A DNA stretch of 64,000 nucleotides, taken from an uncultured Acidobacteriota bacterium. GTDB taxonomy: Bacteria > Actinomycetota > Acidimicrobiia > Spongiisociales > ZC4RG35. A program made the position numbers and the translations under genes. The stretch covers positions 1-64,000 of the forward strand of contig CAWHEU010000020.1 in assembly GCA_963828465.1 (NCBI GenBank). Direction: 5' to 3'. A model generated the notes under the pieces. The model worked only from the letters and a program-made list of their open reading frames with translations, ran no database searches and was not told the origin of the DNA. Shown piece by piece: positions 28,142 through 38,943 of the stretch (positions within the stretch are counted from its first letter, which is position 1; each line of letters begins with the position of its first letter).

Positions 28142-30545
28142 TCAGATGTATTCGTTTCGCTCCAGCCAGCGGGTTCCGAAGAACCCTTCCAGAGCCGGCA
28201 GATAGAAGGTGATGATCCGATACGTGAAGGTGGCCGCGAATGCCGTCGACTCGTCGACTCCGAACGTCACCAGCAGGGCGGTCATCGTGGCTTCGGCCAC
28301 TCCGACGCCACCTGGCACCGGCATGAATCCGGCGAGGAGACTGGTGCCCGCCGCGGCGAACAGTGTCGAGCCATAGCTGAGGCTGACTCCGAGCGCCTGA
28401 AGAGTCAGCCAAAGCGTGATCCCGAGCACGTTCCAGTACACGAAGTTGCTCACGAATAGGCCGATCGCCCGCGACGGCTGCCGAAGCACGACCATCAAGG
28501 CTCCCCACGCCTGGCTCACCACCGGGACCACCCTCTTCCGCACCGCCTCGATCCGGAGTACGGCGATCACCGATCCCACTACCACGATGACGACGGCACC
28601 GAGGATCAGCAGCCAGGGCACTTCTGCGGCGTCGATGGTCAGGTCCAGGTCGAAGTCGCCACCGATCAGGACAATGATCATGATGGCCACCTGGACCAGG
28701 AAACCCGAGAAGCTGTCGATGGCGCCCTGGGCCACGGCAACGGTGGCAGAGACCCCGAACTTGATGAGAAAAGCCGCGTTCATCGCCACCCGGCCGGCGG
28801 CGCTGGGGATCGCCAGGCTGATGAACTGGCTTGCTGTCTGCAGCGTCAACAAGGGCCAGAAAGGGAGCTTGGCGGGAACGGCGAACATGGTGGCGGTCGC
28901 CTGCGGGAAGAACTGGGTGTGGCCGAAGATGAGAGCCAGCACGATCAGTCCCCAATTCGCTGCCTGCAGGACCGTCCAGATCTCGGCGAAGTCCACATTG
29001 GTGAAGGCCGAGATGAGCGCCGACGCGATCAGGAAAAGGAGTACTGCCATGACCACGCTTCGCCCGCTGACCCGGCGCAACTTGACCGGTTCGGGCATCT
29101 CGGCTCCCGTGAGGCCTGCCACCTTTGCGCTCAATGCCGTGATCACTTCTTTCGGGTTCTCAGCGAGCTCCCGGCCGGTTGGGCTCACCGCTGCTAATTG
29201 CAAATAGGGCATGGCTTCGACCAGCCGATCCCGTCCCAGACCGTCGATAGCGGTTCGAACCGCCCTCTCCTCCCCAACGAGAACGGTCAGGCTGTACAAC
29301 AGCTCGACGATGTCGCTCGCCTGGTCGGCTTCGTCCGGTGCCATCGATCCGAGGGCGAAATCGGTGAGGATGGGCCCTTCGGGGCCTAAGTGAACCGCCG
29401 AGGTTCGGAGCGAGCCGTGGCTCATCGGACTGCTCGTGCAAGACCCTCACTTGTGACCAGGTCTGGACCAATAGGTCGTCGGTCACCACGTCAGGGTCGA
29501 GTTCGGGCAGTGCCATTCCGGAGCCGCGGAAGGAAATCAATGCGATTTCCGATGAGGCGGCACCGACGCATGCGAGGCCGGGCACCTTCACGCCCGCCCG
29601 CTCCGCCATGACGGTCATCAGTGCCTCGTGCTCCACCGCCTGGAGCCGCGTGTAACTGACGGCCCTGCTGGTCTCGCGGTACCAGAGGGTGTGCCACAGC
29701 TTGGCGGCGAGTTGGGAATCGAAGGCATCTCGACCGTGCACCTTGACGTCGAGAGTTTCGCCCTCCTCGTCTCTCCCCACCAAGCGGACGACACCCCAGG
29801 TCTGATATGGGGCCGCCGTGAGCCCGCGATTGGGTACACCGAGGTGAGCCAGCGTCGCTGCGACGATCTCTGGGTTCGGGTATCCACGAGGTGAGCCGGC
29901 CACCGAGAGCAGAAGCCCGGCGGCGAAGAGGCCGATTCCGAACGAGCCGATCGTGTGTGAAGGGGTCCCGTAGCCCAGACCGATCGCTGCGAAGGTCGTG
30001 ATGATCATGGCCACCCACCCGAAGCGCCGCAGAGGTCGGGTGACGTGTCGGCCGGCCACAACCAACATCGCCGTCACAATCGCCACCCTCATGATCGGAA
30101 AGCGGGGCACAGGATTCTCGAGATCGATCTCGGGCAATACGTAGGGCCAAGCCTCGTTGACCACGAGCGAGAGCAGAACTACCAGGACTCCCGACCCGAC
30201 GGCCACGATGGCAACGTCACGCAAGGCGGCGCGTCGTTCCTGGCCACCGGTGAGGAGAGCACCGATCAGGATCAGGGAGTAGATGAGGCTCGTCGAGTAG
30301 CCGATCCCGAGCAGCGTGTCGACCCACGGTGGGCCCGCCTGCACCAGCGCGGTGACAGCCTGCTCCCAGCTCGAAAGCTGATCGACCGCGAGAAGCGCCC
30401 AGATCAGCAGCAGGAGCCCGGCGACCGCGGTGAGGATGTCCCGAGGTCGCCGCACCCTCGGCTCGCCCGCCGACTCGACGAAGTAGGAAGCCCGGGGCAC
30501 ATTGAGTGATCTCATCGCCTGCTTGGCAAGCTTCGCATGCGACAT
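28142..30545 (-). CDS. Membrane protein with kinase-like middle domain and lysylphosphatidylglycerol-synthase TM domain; frameshift at ~29426
   Basis: ORFs 29160..30545 and 28142..29425 join at LHEQS/MSHG; PVPGGVGVAEA and YRIITFYLP motifs. Confidence 0.85.
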
Positions 30546-30819
30546 TGCGGGCTGCGTGCTTTTGAGAGCGGACCGGCACGATCGTTGGCTCAGCCATCGG
30601 AGGCACCGGCTGATGGCGGTCTCTTTACGTTCTCTATAGGTGCGTCCGACATCCTTTCCTATGTGGGCTTGGCGTCTTTCAACGCGACGATTCGGGAACC
30701 GCGGTTCGGTACTGCGGCGTCTGAACGCGCACAGGCCCCGGCATTGCCATGACTCGTTCCCTTTTTCGACCCGTCAGCGTGATCGCACGCGCCTCCACCG
30801 GCCACGGGGCCCGGGCCTG

Positions 30820-31515
30820 ATGCGCATCCTCGTCGTCGAGGACGAGCAGGATCTGGCGTCGGCGATCGCCGACAGCCTTCGCCGCGACGGTTACGCGATC
30901 GACATCGCACCTACCGCGTCCACGGCAATCAGTCTGACCTCGGTCAATTCCTACGATGTCGTCTGCCTCGACCTGAACCTTCCCGACGGTGACGGGCTCG
31001 ATGTGTGCCGGCAGGTGCTGGCCGATCCCAACCGGTCATTGGACCTGGCCCCGTCTCCCAAGATCCTGATGCTGACCGCTCGTGGCGGTGTCGACGATCG
31101 GATTCGTGGGTTGGACGAGGGCGCCGACGATTACCTGGTGAAGCCGTTCTCGCTGGGCGAGCTCAGCGCCCGTATCCGTGCGCTGCTCCGGCGTGATACC
31201 TCGACCGGGAGCTCGGTCATCTCCTACGCCGGGATCGAGATGGACACGGCCCGCCATGAGGTCACGTTTCAGGGAGAGGTAGTGGGTGTCACCGTGAAGG
31301 AGTACGCCCTGCTCCGCTGGTTCCTGCTCCATCCCGAGGAAGTCCACAGCGCCGAGCGTCTTCTCGAGCACGTTTGGGACGAGCACGCCGACCCGTTCAC
31401 CAACACGGTGAGGATGACTCTGTCGAATCTCCGCCGAAAGCTGTCATCGGTCGCCAGGGTCCAGCCCATCGTCACTCTGCCAGGACGTGGCTACATGTTG
31501 AAAGCGGACGCATGA
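30820..31515 (+). CDS. OmpR-family response regulator
   Basis: MRILVVEDE, LDLNLP, GADDYLVKPF, NLRRKL, GRGY. Confidence 0.95.
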   Translation: MRILVVEDEQDLASAIADSLRRDGYAIDIAPTASTAISLTSVNSYDVVCLDLNLPDGDGLDVCRQVLADPNRSLDLAPSPKILMLTARGGVDDRIRGLDEGADDYLVKPFSLGELSARIRALLRRDTSTGSSVISYAGIEMDTARHEVTFQGEVVGVTVKEYALLRWFLLHPEEVHSAERLLEHVWDEHADPFTNTVRMTLSNLRRKLSSVARVQPIVTLPGRGYMLKADA

Positions 31516-32588
31516 GCGGATCCAGGATTCGATTGGCGATCGTCCTCATGGCACCTGCCCTGCTCCTCGCACTGGTCGTGATGGTGGTGACGGTCGCGCT
31601 CCTCGTGAGTCAAGAGCCATGGTCTGATGCCCGGACCGGGATTGCCCAAGTCGGTGACGACCTGGCGGTCGTGGTTGTCGCCGAGGAAGGGACGAGCGAC
31701 GGGCTCATCGACTCCGGTCTGCTGGCGCCGGCTTTGGCCCTGATCCCGGCGCTCATTGTCTCCTGGGTGGTGGCCGGTCGCGTGAGACGGGTTGTGGCGC
31801 AAGCCCGAGCGGAAGTGGAGGTCGCCGAGGTCGAGCGTCGCAGCCGGGTGCAGGAAGTGGTTCACGAGCTGCGCACTCCGCTCGCCGTCATGGGGACGAA
31901 TCTCGAGCTGGCCGCCATCGAGGCCGGGCACGAGACGGGAGCAGCCGGGTACATCGACGCCGCCCGGCGTGCGGTCAGCAGGATGGCGCGAACGGTTGAC
32001 GATCTCGCCGGCCATGGTGGGCTCGCGGTCGAGCAGGGAAACGGTCCTGTCGACCTGGCGGATCTCGCCGAGGCGGCCGTGGCCGAGCACGTCGGCCCCG
32101 CTCGGGCCCGCGGGGTGAATGTGGAGCTCGTCGGGACATCTCATATGACCCTCCCCTCGGTCGACCCGGCCGCCGTGCGCACCGCGATCGGAAACTTTCT
32201 CAGCAACGCGGTCCGGATGGCGCCGCAGGGTTCATCGGTTGGCATCGACTGGGGTCGGCTCGACGGTTGGGCCTGGATCGCAGTGATCGACGAGGGGCCC
32301 GGCCTGGCCCCCCATCTCCACGCCCGTGTCTTCGAGAGGGGATGGCAGGGCCACCACGAGCGCGAACGTGGAGGGGGGAATGGCGAGGGGGGATTGGGGC
32401 TCACCATCGCCCGCCAGCTCACCGAAGCCCAGGGCGGGGCGGTAACCGTCGAATCCGAGGAGGGCGGAGGCGCTACTTTTGCCGTTTGGCTGCCGCTGGA
32501 GATCGGCGCAGACCCGAGGACTGTTGTCGCCCCCGATCAGGTCCATGCCCTGGCCCAACCCTGGCTCCGGGCCTCGCTCATCGCTTGA
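31512..32588 (+). CDS. Sensor histidine kinase
   Basis: HELRTPL, NFLSNA, DEGPG, GLGLTIA. Confidence 0.95.
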   Translation: MSGSRIRLAIVLMAPALLLALVVMVVTVALLVSQEPWSDARTGIAQVGDDLAVVVVAEEGTSDGLIDSGLLAPALALIPALIVSWVVAGRVRRVVAQARAEVEVAEVERRSRVQEVVHELRTPLAVMGTNLELAAIEAGHETGAAGYIDAARRAVSRMARTVDDLAGHGGLAVEQGNGPVDLADLAEAAVAEHVGPARARGVNVELVGTSHMTLPSVDPAAVRTAIGNFLSNAVRMAPQGSSVGIDWGRLDGWAWIAVIDEGPGLAPHLHARVFERGWQGHHERERGGGNGEGGLGLTIARQLTEAQGGAVTVESEEGGGATFAVWLPLEIGADPRTVVAPDQVHALAQPWLRASLIA

Positions 32589-32627
32589 CGGGCCTGTCTT
32601 CGGGGTCGAGCGCCTCCGAATTGGAAA

Positions 32628-33386
32628 CTAGGGCGTCGCCGCCAGGGATTGGTCGAGCCATTCTGCGAACCGGGTCGCTCCGAGTGTCGCCTCCCCGGCC
32701 GGGACCAGAGTTCGCTCGCCCAATACAGCACCGAAGTACCTGGCCTCCGGGTCGGCGATCACCTCACGGGGATCTTGACGTGCGCTCAGCCCCTGTTCGA
32801 CGAATTCGTCGAGTCGGAACTGCTCCGGCCCTGCCACCTCGACTGTGCCGTTGACCGGCGGTCCGACGGCGGTCCGGCCCACCACCATTGCCACATCATC
32901 AGCGGCCATGGGCTGGATCAATACCGGCGCCAGTCGGACGATGTTCTCTTCGGTCGCACCGTCGGCGATGCTCTTGAGGAATTCGAAGAACTGGGTGGCG
33001 TGAACGATGGAGTAGGGGATCGGGGACTCTTTGATCAGCTTCTCCTGGGCGATCTTGGCGCGGAAGTACCCACTCTCGGAGAGGCGTTCTGTCCCCACCA
33101 CCGACAAAGCGACGTGATGACCAACCCCAGCCGCTGCTTCCGCGGCGAGGAGATTGCCGGTGGACGTCGAGAAGAACTCGAGCACCGCCGCTTCTTCGAA
33201 CGACGGCGAGTTCGACACATCGACAACCACATCGGCCCCGGCGAGCGCTTCGGACAACCCCTCACCGGTGAGAGTGTTCACCCCGGTGTTCGGGGATGCC
33301 GGCACCGCCTCGTGGCCCTGCTCGATCAGCCCCTTGACCAGCTTGGAGCCGATGAGCCCGGTTCCGCCGATGACGACGAGCTTCAC
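32628..33386 (-). CDS. Atypical SDR / NmrA-like NAD(P)-binding protein
   Basis: KLVVIGGTGLIG, HHVALSVVG, YFRAK, ATQFFEF. Confidence 0.92.
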   Translation of the reverse strand: MKLVVIGGTGLIGSKLVKGLIEQGHEAVPASPNTGVNTLTGEGLSEALAGADVVVDVSNSPSFEEAAVLEFFSTSTGNLLAAEAAAGVGHHVALSVVGTERLSESGYFRAKIAQEKLIKESPIPYSIVHATQFFEFLKSIADGATEENIVRLAPVLIQPMAADDVAMVVGRTAVGPPVNGTVEVAGPEQFRLDEFVEQGLSARQDPREVIADPEARYFGAVLGERTLVPAGEATLGATRFAEWLDQSLAATP

Positions 33387-33480
33387 GATGCGTCCTTTCG
33401 GTGTCTGACACCGGCCTGGCTTGACGGGCCTTTTAAAGGCCATCTCATATGTTGCGGCGGTTGACCACACGGAGGATGCC

Positions 33481-34641
33481 TTGACCCAACTCGACCCTAG
33501 CCCGCCCAAGCTCCGCCCCAGACGGCGGTCCTGGCGCGATCTTCCGGCTTCGCCGCCCATCGGTGAACCGCACCCGCCGATCACCGAGGAGCAACCGGTG
33601 GTGGCCCCGATAGCGCCGGCCGAGGTGACGGAGAAGACGCCGAGAAGCGGTCTGCGCATCTTCACTTACGCGCTCACAGGTGTCGTCGTGGTACTGGTTG
33701 GCGCCGCTGTCTGGCTCTGGCAGCGCGAAGAGCCGGTCGCCACGACACCGACAGTGGCGGCCAATGAGGCCGAAGCCGGCAGTCCGGGCGCCGTTGCAGC
33801 AGCGCTGGGCCCGGCTGTGGTTCACATCGAGATCCTCGGAGGGTTGGAGGCCGGCGGAGGGGTCGGCTCGGGCGTGATCTACGACACCTCAGGACTCGTG
33901 CTCACCGCACATCACGTCGTCTCATTCTCCGACGAGGTCACAGTCATGACGGCCGACGGGCGGTCGTTCAACGGACGAGTGGTGGGGCGGATTCCCGAGC
34001 GTGATCTCGCCATCGTTGCTCTAGACGATGCAACCGACCTGGTGGCGGCGACGATCGCCGAGCCGGGGACGGTCGAAGTGGGCGAGCCGGCCATCGCACT
34101 GGGGAGCCCGTTCGGTTTCCAGCAGTCGGTGACTGCCGGGATCATCTCGGGTCTCGATCGTGAGCTGGAGACGCCAATGGGCACTCTCACCGGGCTCATC
34201 CAGACCGACGCCCCCATCAACCCGGGCAATTCGGGAGGCCCTCTGGCCGACGCCGAGGCCAAGGTGATCGGCATCAACACCGCCATCGCGTCGATGTCGG
34301 GCGGCAACGACGGTGTCGGGTTCGCCGTGCCTGTCGAGGACTTCGCGTCGCTGATCGAAGAGGTCGAGGCGAACGGTGGCGTGGAGGCACCGACCATTCC
34401 CGCCCCCGAGGACGCCGGTTCCATGGGAGGGCTGGTTCCCGGTCTCGAAGACCTTTTGCCCGGGCTCGAAGATCTATTCGGCCCTCAAGGACCGGGAGGT
34501 CTGGAGGATCTTCCCGGCCTCGAAGAGATGCTCGACGAGATGTTCGGCACTACCGACATCCCGCCGGAGCTGCGACAGCTGTTGGAGGAACTGCTTGGGG
34601 TCCCCGCCCCGGCGGCGCCAGGGGAGGGAGAGACCTCATGA
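33481..34641 (+). CDS. S1C (HtrA-like) membrane-anchored serine protease without PDZ
   Basis: GSGVI, LTAHHV, IQTDAPINPGNSGGPL; one TM helix; TTG start after GGAGGA. Confidence 0.92.
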   Translation: MTQLDPSPPKLRPRRRSWRDLPASPPIGEPHPPITEEQPVVAPIAPAEVTEKTPRSGLRIFTYALTGVVVVLVGAAVWLWQREEPVATTPTVAANEAEAGSPGAVAAALGPAVVHIEILGGLEAGGGVGSGVIYDTSGLVLTAHHVVSFSDEVTVMTADGRSFNGRVVGRIPERDLAIVALDDATDLVAATIAEPGTVEVGEPAIALGSPFGFQQSVTAGIISGLDRELETPMGTLTGLIQTDAPINPGNSGGPLADAEAKVIGINTAIASMSGGNDGVGFAVPVEDFASLIEEVEANGGVEAPTIPAPEDAGSMGGLVPGLEDLLPGLEDLFGPQGPGGLEDLPGLEEMLDEMFGTTDIPPELRQLLEELLGVPAPAAPGEGETS

Positions 34642-35681
34642 CCACGAGTCAATTCACACCGAGGAGCGACGCTGCTCAGCCGGAACTCCACGCTGTACAG
34701 CTCCGTGAGGTGATGGCCGAATTGCAGCGGGTCATCGTCGGCCAGGACCGGGTCCTGGAGCGTGTCCTCGTCGCACTCATGGCCGGCGGCCATTGTCTTC
34801 TCGAGGGCGTGCCCGGCCTGGGCAAGACCCTCACGGTGTCCACCCTGGCCAGAACTCTCGGGGGGACATTCACCCGGATCCAGTTCACACCCGACCTGTT
34901 GCCTTCGGACATCGTCGGCACCCGGATCTACCGGCCGTCGACTGAGCGATTCGATGTCGAGTTGGGCCCGGTCTTCGCCAACTTCGTGCTGGCCGACGAG
35001 ATCAACCGTGCCCCGGCCAAGGTCCAGTCGGCCCTGCTCGAGGTGATGGGCGAGCGTCAGATCTCGATCGGGGGCACCACGTATCCGTTGCCATTGCCGT
35101 TCCTGGTGCTTGCCACCCAGAACCCGATCGAGTCGGAGGGGGTATACCCCCTGCCGGAGGCTCAGCGGGACCGGTTCTTGATGCGGATCCCGGTGGACTA
35201 CCCGACACCCGACCAGGAACACGAGATCGTCGATCGTTCCCGGCACCAGGCATCCGGATCACCGGTTGCGCTTCTGTCGACCGATGATGTGGCCGGGCTT
35301 CAGGCGGCCGCGTCTGCGGTTTACGTCGATCGGGCTGTGCAGGACTACGCCGTCAGGCTGGTGCTCGCCACCAGGAACCCGGCCGAGCACGGCGTGGCCA
35401 TCGACGGGCTCCTCGCCTATGGCGCCAGTCCCCGGGCCAGCATCGGGCTCATCAACGCGGGAAGGGCGCTTGCCCTGCTGCGGGGGCGGGACCATCTCCT
35501 TCCCCAGGACGTCTACGACATCGCCTACGACGTACTCAACCACCGGCTGGTCTTGTCCTTTGACGCTGTCGCCGACGGGGTCACCGTCGACGATGTGTTG
35601 GTCGAGGTGCTGACGACCGTGGTCTCACCACGTGTCTCGTCTTCCCAGTTGGCCGGGAACCGGACTTCGCTGGCAGTCTGA
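34638..35681 (+). CDS. moxR: MoxR-family AAA+ ATPase
   Basis: EGVPGLGKT, RIQFTPDLLPSD, ADEINRAPAKVQSALLE, LPEAQRDRF. Confidence 0.96.
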   Translation: MTTSQFTPRSDAAQPELHAVQLREVMAELQRVIVGQDRVLERVLVALMAGGHCLLEGVPGLGKTLTVSTLARTLGGTFTRIQFTPDLLPSDIVGTRIYRPSTERFDVELGPVFANFVLADEINRAPAKVQSALLEVMGERQISIGGTTYPLPLPFLVLATQNPIESEGVYPLPEAQRDRFLMRIPVDYPTPDQEHEIVDRSRHQASGSPVALLSTDDVAGLQAAASAVYVDRAVQDYAVRLVLATRNPAEHGVAIDGLLAYGASPRASIGLINAGRALALLRGRDHLLPQDVYDIAYDVLNHRLVLSFDAVADGVTVDDVLVEVLTTVVSPRVSSSQLAGNRTSLAV

Positions 35682-36652
35682 TGCTGCTCAGACGATCCGG
35701 GCCCCCCAAGGGGGTCGAGCCGATCCCGCGCACCTCGCGTCTCACATCGCCGTCGCAGGTACCGATCGAACGGCTGAGGCTCACCGTGCTCCGCCGGCTG
35801 AATGGCCTACTCGCCGGCGATCATGCCGGGCTCTTCCCGGGCCACGGGACGGAGCGGGGGGAATCCCGGCCCTACGTGCCCGGCGACGATCCCCGTCACA
35901 TCGACTGGGCGGTGACGGCCCGCACCCATGACACCCACGTCCGTGACATGGTTGCCGACCACGAGCTGGACGTCTGGCTGATCCTCGATTCGTCGTCGAG
36001 TCTCGGCTTCGGCACAGGCCGTGCCACCAAGCACGAGGTTGCCTGGTCCGCGGCCGGTGCCTTCGCCCTGCTCGCCTCCAACAGCGGCAATCGGGTGGGG
36101 GCGGCTCGGTCGACCAACCGCAAAGGACGTTCGCGTCCGCTCCTCATCCCGGCCCGTGGTGGCTCGGCACATGCGGGGGGAGTCCTCAGTGCTCTCCTCG
36201 ACGCTCCTGAGGACGGGCAGACCGGGGACCTTGGTCGAGCCATCGAAATGGTTGGCCAGGTCGCTCGCCGTCGGGGCATGGCGGTGGTCATCTCCGACTT
36301 CCTGGGAACTCCCGACTGGGAGCGCCCTCTGCGGGCTATGTCCCATCGACACGAGGTGATCGCCGTGGAGGTGGTGGATCCCCGAGAGATCGACCTGCCG
36401 GATGTCGGGCTGATCGCAGTGGTCGACCCCGAGACGGGCAGGCGTCGATTGATCGACACCGCCCAGGATGGCGTTCGTGAGCGCTACGCCGCGCTGGCAG
36501 AGCAGCGCCGGGCCGATGTCGCGAGCCGTCTCAAGTCGTGTGGCGCTGATCACCTGGTGCTGCGAACTGATCGGGACTGGGTCCTCGACTTCGTGCGCTT
36601 CGTCTCAGGTCGCAAGGCGAGGCTGATGTCGGCCGGGAGGTCGGGACGATGA
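35681..36652 (+). CDS. DUF58 protein
   Basis: RPYVPGDDPRHIDW, VVISDF. Confidence 0.94.
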   Translation: MLLRRSGPPKGVEPIPRTSRLTSPSQVPIERLRLTVLRRLNGLLAGDHAGLFPGHGTERGESRPYVPGDDPRHIDWAVTARTHDTHVRDMVADHELDVWLILDSSSSLGFGTGRATKHEVAWSAAGAFALLASNSGNRVGAARSTNRKGRSRPLLIPARGGSAHAGGVLSALLDAPEDGQTGDLGRAIEMVGQVARRRGMAVVISDFLGTPDWERPLRAMSHRHEVIAVEVVDPREIDLPDVGLIAVVDPETGRRRLIDTAQDGVRERYAALAEQRRADVASRLKSCGADHLVLRTDRDWVLDFVRFVSGRKARLMSAGRSGR

Positions 36653-37635
36653 GTGATTTCGGCTTTCTCTCACCCGGCCGTCTGGCCATTCTCATCGTGC
36701 CCGTTGCGCTTGCGATCGGCTATCTCGTGCTGCAGGCGAGACGGCGTCGCTATGCGGTGCGGTTCACCACGGTCGAGATGCTCGACCAGGTGGCACCCGA
36801 CCGTCCCGGATGGCGCCGCCATCTGCCGGCGATGGGGCTGATAGTTGCCGCTGTGGTGGCGACCATGGCCTTCGCCCGCCCTGTCATTGCCGGTGAGACC
36901 CGCGAGTCGACACAGCTCGTCGTGCTGGCAATCGACACATCGATCTCGATGGAGGCGGAAGACGTGGCGCCGTCGAGGGTCGATGCCGCCCGCGAAGCTG
37001 CCGGGGCGTTCCTCGACTCGGTGCCCGAGGGCGTCGCGGTCGGTGTGGTCGGATTCGACGGCATTGCCCGACAGTTGATTGCCCCCACCACGCGGATTGA
37101 CGCTGTGCGCCGGGTTATCGACGGATCCATAAACCACAGTGGCCTGGGCGAGGGGACGGCGATTGGTGAGGCGGTTTTCCTCGGTATCGAGGCCATAGAG
37201 GCATCCGGCGGTGAGACGGAGGACGAGTCTGCGCCCTCCGCTGAGGCGGCCGGCACCATCGTGGTCCTCTCCGATGGTGAGACGACGATGGGGCGGAGCA
37301 ACGACGAGGCAGCCACCGCGGCGCGCAGCGCCGATATCCCGGTGCACACGATCGCCTTCGGGACTGACGCCGGGACGATTACGGATCCGTTCGAAGGTGA
37401 GATCCCGGTCCCGGTCAACGAGGAGGCTTTGGCCAAGCTGGCAGGCCAGACCGACGGCAAGGCACTCACTGCGGCGTCTGTCGAGCAGCTCAGCCAGGTC
37501 TACGAGGACCTGGGGCGTTCGGTCACCGTGGAAAAGGAACAAGTCGAGATCGGTGACTGGTTTGCCGGCGCCGCTCTGGCACTCCTCAGCCTGGCCGGTG
37601 TCGGCTCGCTGGTTTGGTTCGGCCGTCTGCCCTAA
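36649..37635 (+). CDS. VWA domain membrane protein (BatA-like)
   Basis: DTSISM MIDAS motif, TAIG, LSDG. Confidence 0.94.
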   Translation: MSDFGFLSPGRLAILIVPVALAIGYLVLQARRRRYAVRFTTVEMLDQVAPDRPGWRRHLPAMGLIVAAVVATMAFARPVIAGETRESTQLVVLAIDTSISMEAEDVAPSRVDAAREAAGAFLDSVPEGVAVGVVGFDGIARQLIAPTTRIDAVRRVIDGSINHSGLGEGTAIGEAVFLGIEAIEASGGETEDESAPSAEAAGTIVVLSDGETTMGRSNDEAATAARSADIPVHTIAFGTDAGTITDPFEGEIPVPVNEEALAKLAGQTDGKALTAASVEQLSQVYEDLGRSVTVEKEQVEIGDWFAGAALALLSLAGVGSLVWFGRLP

Positions 37636-37665
37636 CGACGGCCGTCAGCGGCACTTGCAAAGGAC

Positions 37666-38895
37666 TCACTGGAACAGAGAGCGCAGATGTGGGTTGAGAA
37701 AGGTCCCGATGGGGTCGAATCGCCGACGCATCTCGAGGAAGTCCTGATAGCGGGGGAACAGGGTCTCGATGCGCTCCGGTGTCATGAAATGGATCTTGCC
37801 CCAATGGGGCCGGCCGCCGTACTCGGCGAACAGCTTGTCACAGGCGCGGAGGTAGGGCCAGTAGTCGGTTCCCGGCTCGCCCGAGATGGAGACCACGAGA
37901 TTGTCCCTCTGATAATTGGGGCTCAGCCAGGCATCGTCGGCGGCGACCACCCGGATCTCCAGCGGGTAGACGCTCAGCGGGAGCCAATCGAGCATGAGCT
38001 TTCGCATCCCGTCCATGATTTCCCGGGTTTGCTCGATGGGCAGGAAGTACTCGACTTCGTGGAAATTAGGGTCGTAGACCATCGGGTAGATCCGATAGGA
38101 GCGGTCGATTCGCTGATTCTCGGGAAGACCCTCCGACGACGTGCCGGTGTCTACCTCGCGATAGCGCTTGACAACGCAATCATCGGCACCGGCGTCATGG
38201 AGGTTGTAGAGAGTTGCCGAGGCGTCGGTCGGCATCCAGAAGAGGCCGAAATGGCGGTACTCCTCCACGTCTGCCTCGAATCGCTCCATTACCTCGTCGT
38301 ACTTCATGATGTCGACCCGGGCGTGCAGGTCGTAGGCGGGGACTACCTTCAGCGTGACCTCGGTCATGACGCCCAGCAGACCGATCGACGCCTGGAGTGC
38401 GTGGAGGAGATCCGGGTCGCTGTCAATTGTGATCTCGACGAGATTCCCCAACCCGTCGACGATCCTCGCTCCCTCGAGCGCCGCCGAGAAGTTGGGCTGT
38501 TTCAGACCCGACCCGTGAGTCGCGGTGGCGATGGCGCCGGCGATCGCCTGCGTGTCGATGTCTCCTTGATTGGCGAGGGCCAGGCCGTGCTCCCACAGCG
38601 GGTCGCCGAAATCACCGATGGTGGTCTTCGGCCCCGCCTTCACCGTGAGTTGGCTCGTGTCGACATCGATGATCCCGCGGAGCGGGCTGGTGTCGAGCAG
38701 TACGTCGGTCTCGACAATGGGGGTGAACGAATGCCCGGTGCCAACTGTGCGGATCGAGTATTCGCCAGACGCCGCCCTGGCGACTTCTCGCTGCACGTCG
38801 GTTTCGGAATCGACCTTCACCATCTCTCTCGGTGAGAAAGACTGGTTGCCGACCCAATTGGTCCACTTCCCACCGTCGTTCGAACTGGTTGTCAC
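37666..38895 (-). CDS. FAD-linked aldonolactone/alditol oxidase (ALO family)
   Basis: WTNWVG, GTGHSF, ATATHGSG, RPHWGK, FDPIGTFLN. Confidence 0.92.
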   Translation of the reverse strand: MTTSSNDGGKWTNWVGNQSFSPREMVKVDSETDVQREVARAASGEYSIRTVGTGHSFTPIVETDVLLDTSPLRGIIDVDTSQLTVKAGPKTTIGDFGDPLWEHGLALANQGDIDTQAIAGAIATATHGSGLKQPNFSAALEGARIVDGLGNLVEITIDSDPDLLHALQASIGLLGVMTEVTLKVVPAYDLHARVDIMKYDEVMERFEADVEEYRHFGLFWMPTDASATLYNLHDAGADDCVVKRYREVDTGTSSEGLPENQRIDRSYRIYPMVYDPNFHEVEYFLPIEQTREIMDGMRKLMLDWLPLSVYPLEIRVVAADDAWLSPNYQRDNLVVSISGEPGTDYWPYLRACDKLFAEYGGRPHWGKIHFMTPERIETLFPRYQDFLEMRRRFDPIGTFLNPHLRSLFQ

Positions 38896-38943
38896 CGGCC
38901 CGGAATGTACCCAGGGACTCCGGGCCGGTGACAGGTTCGACGA

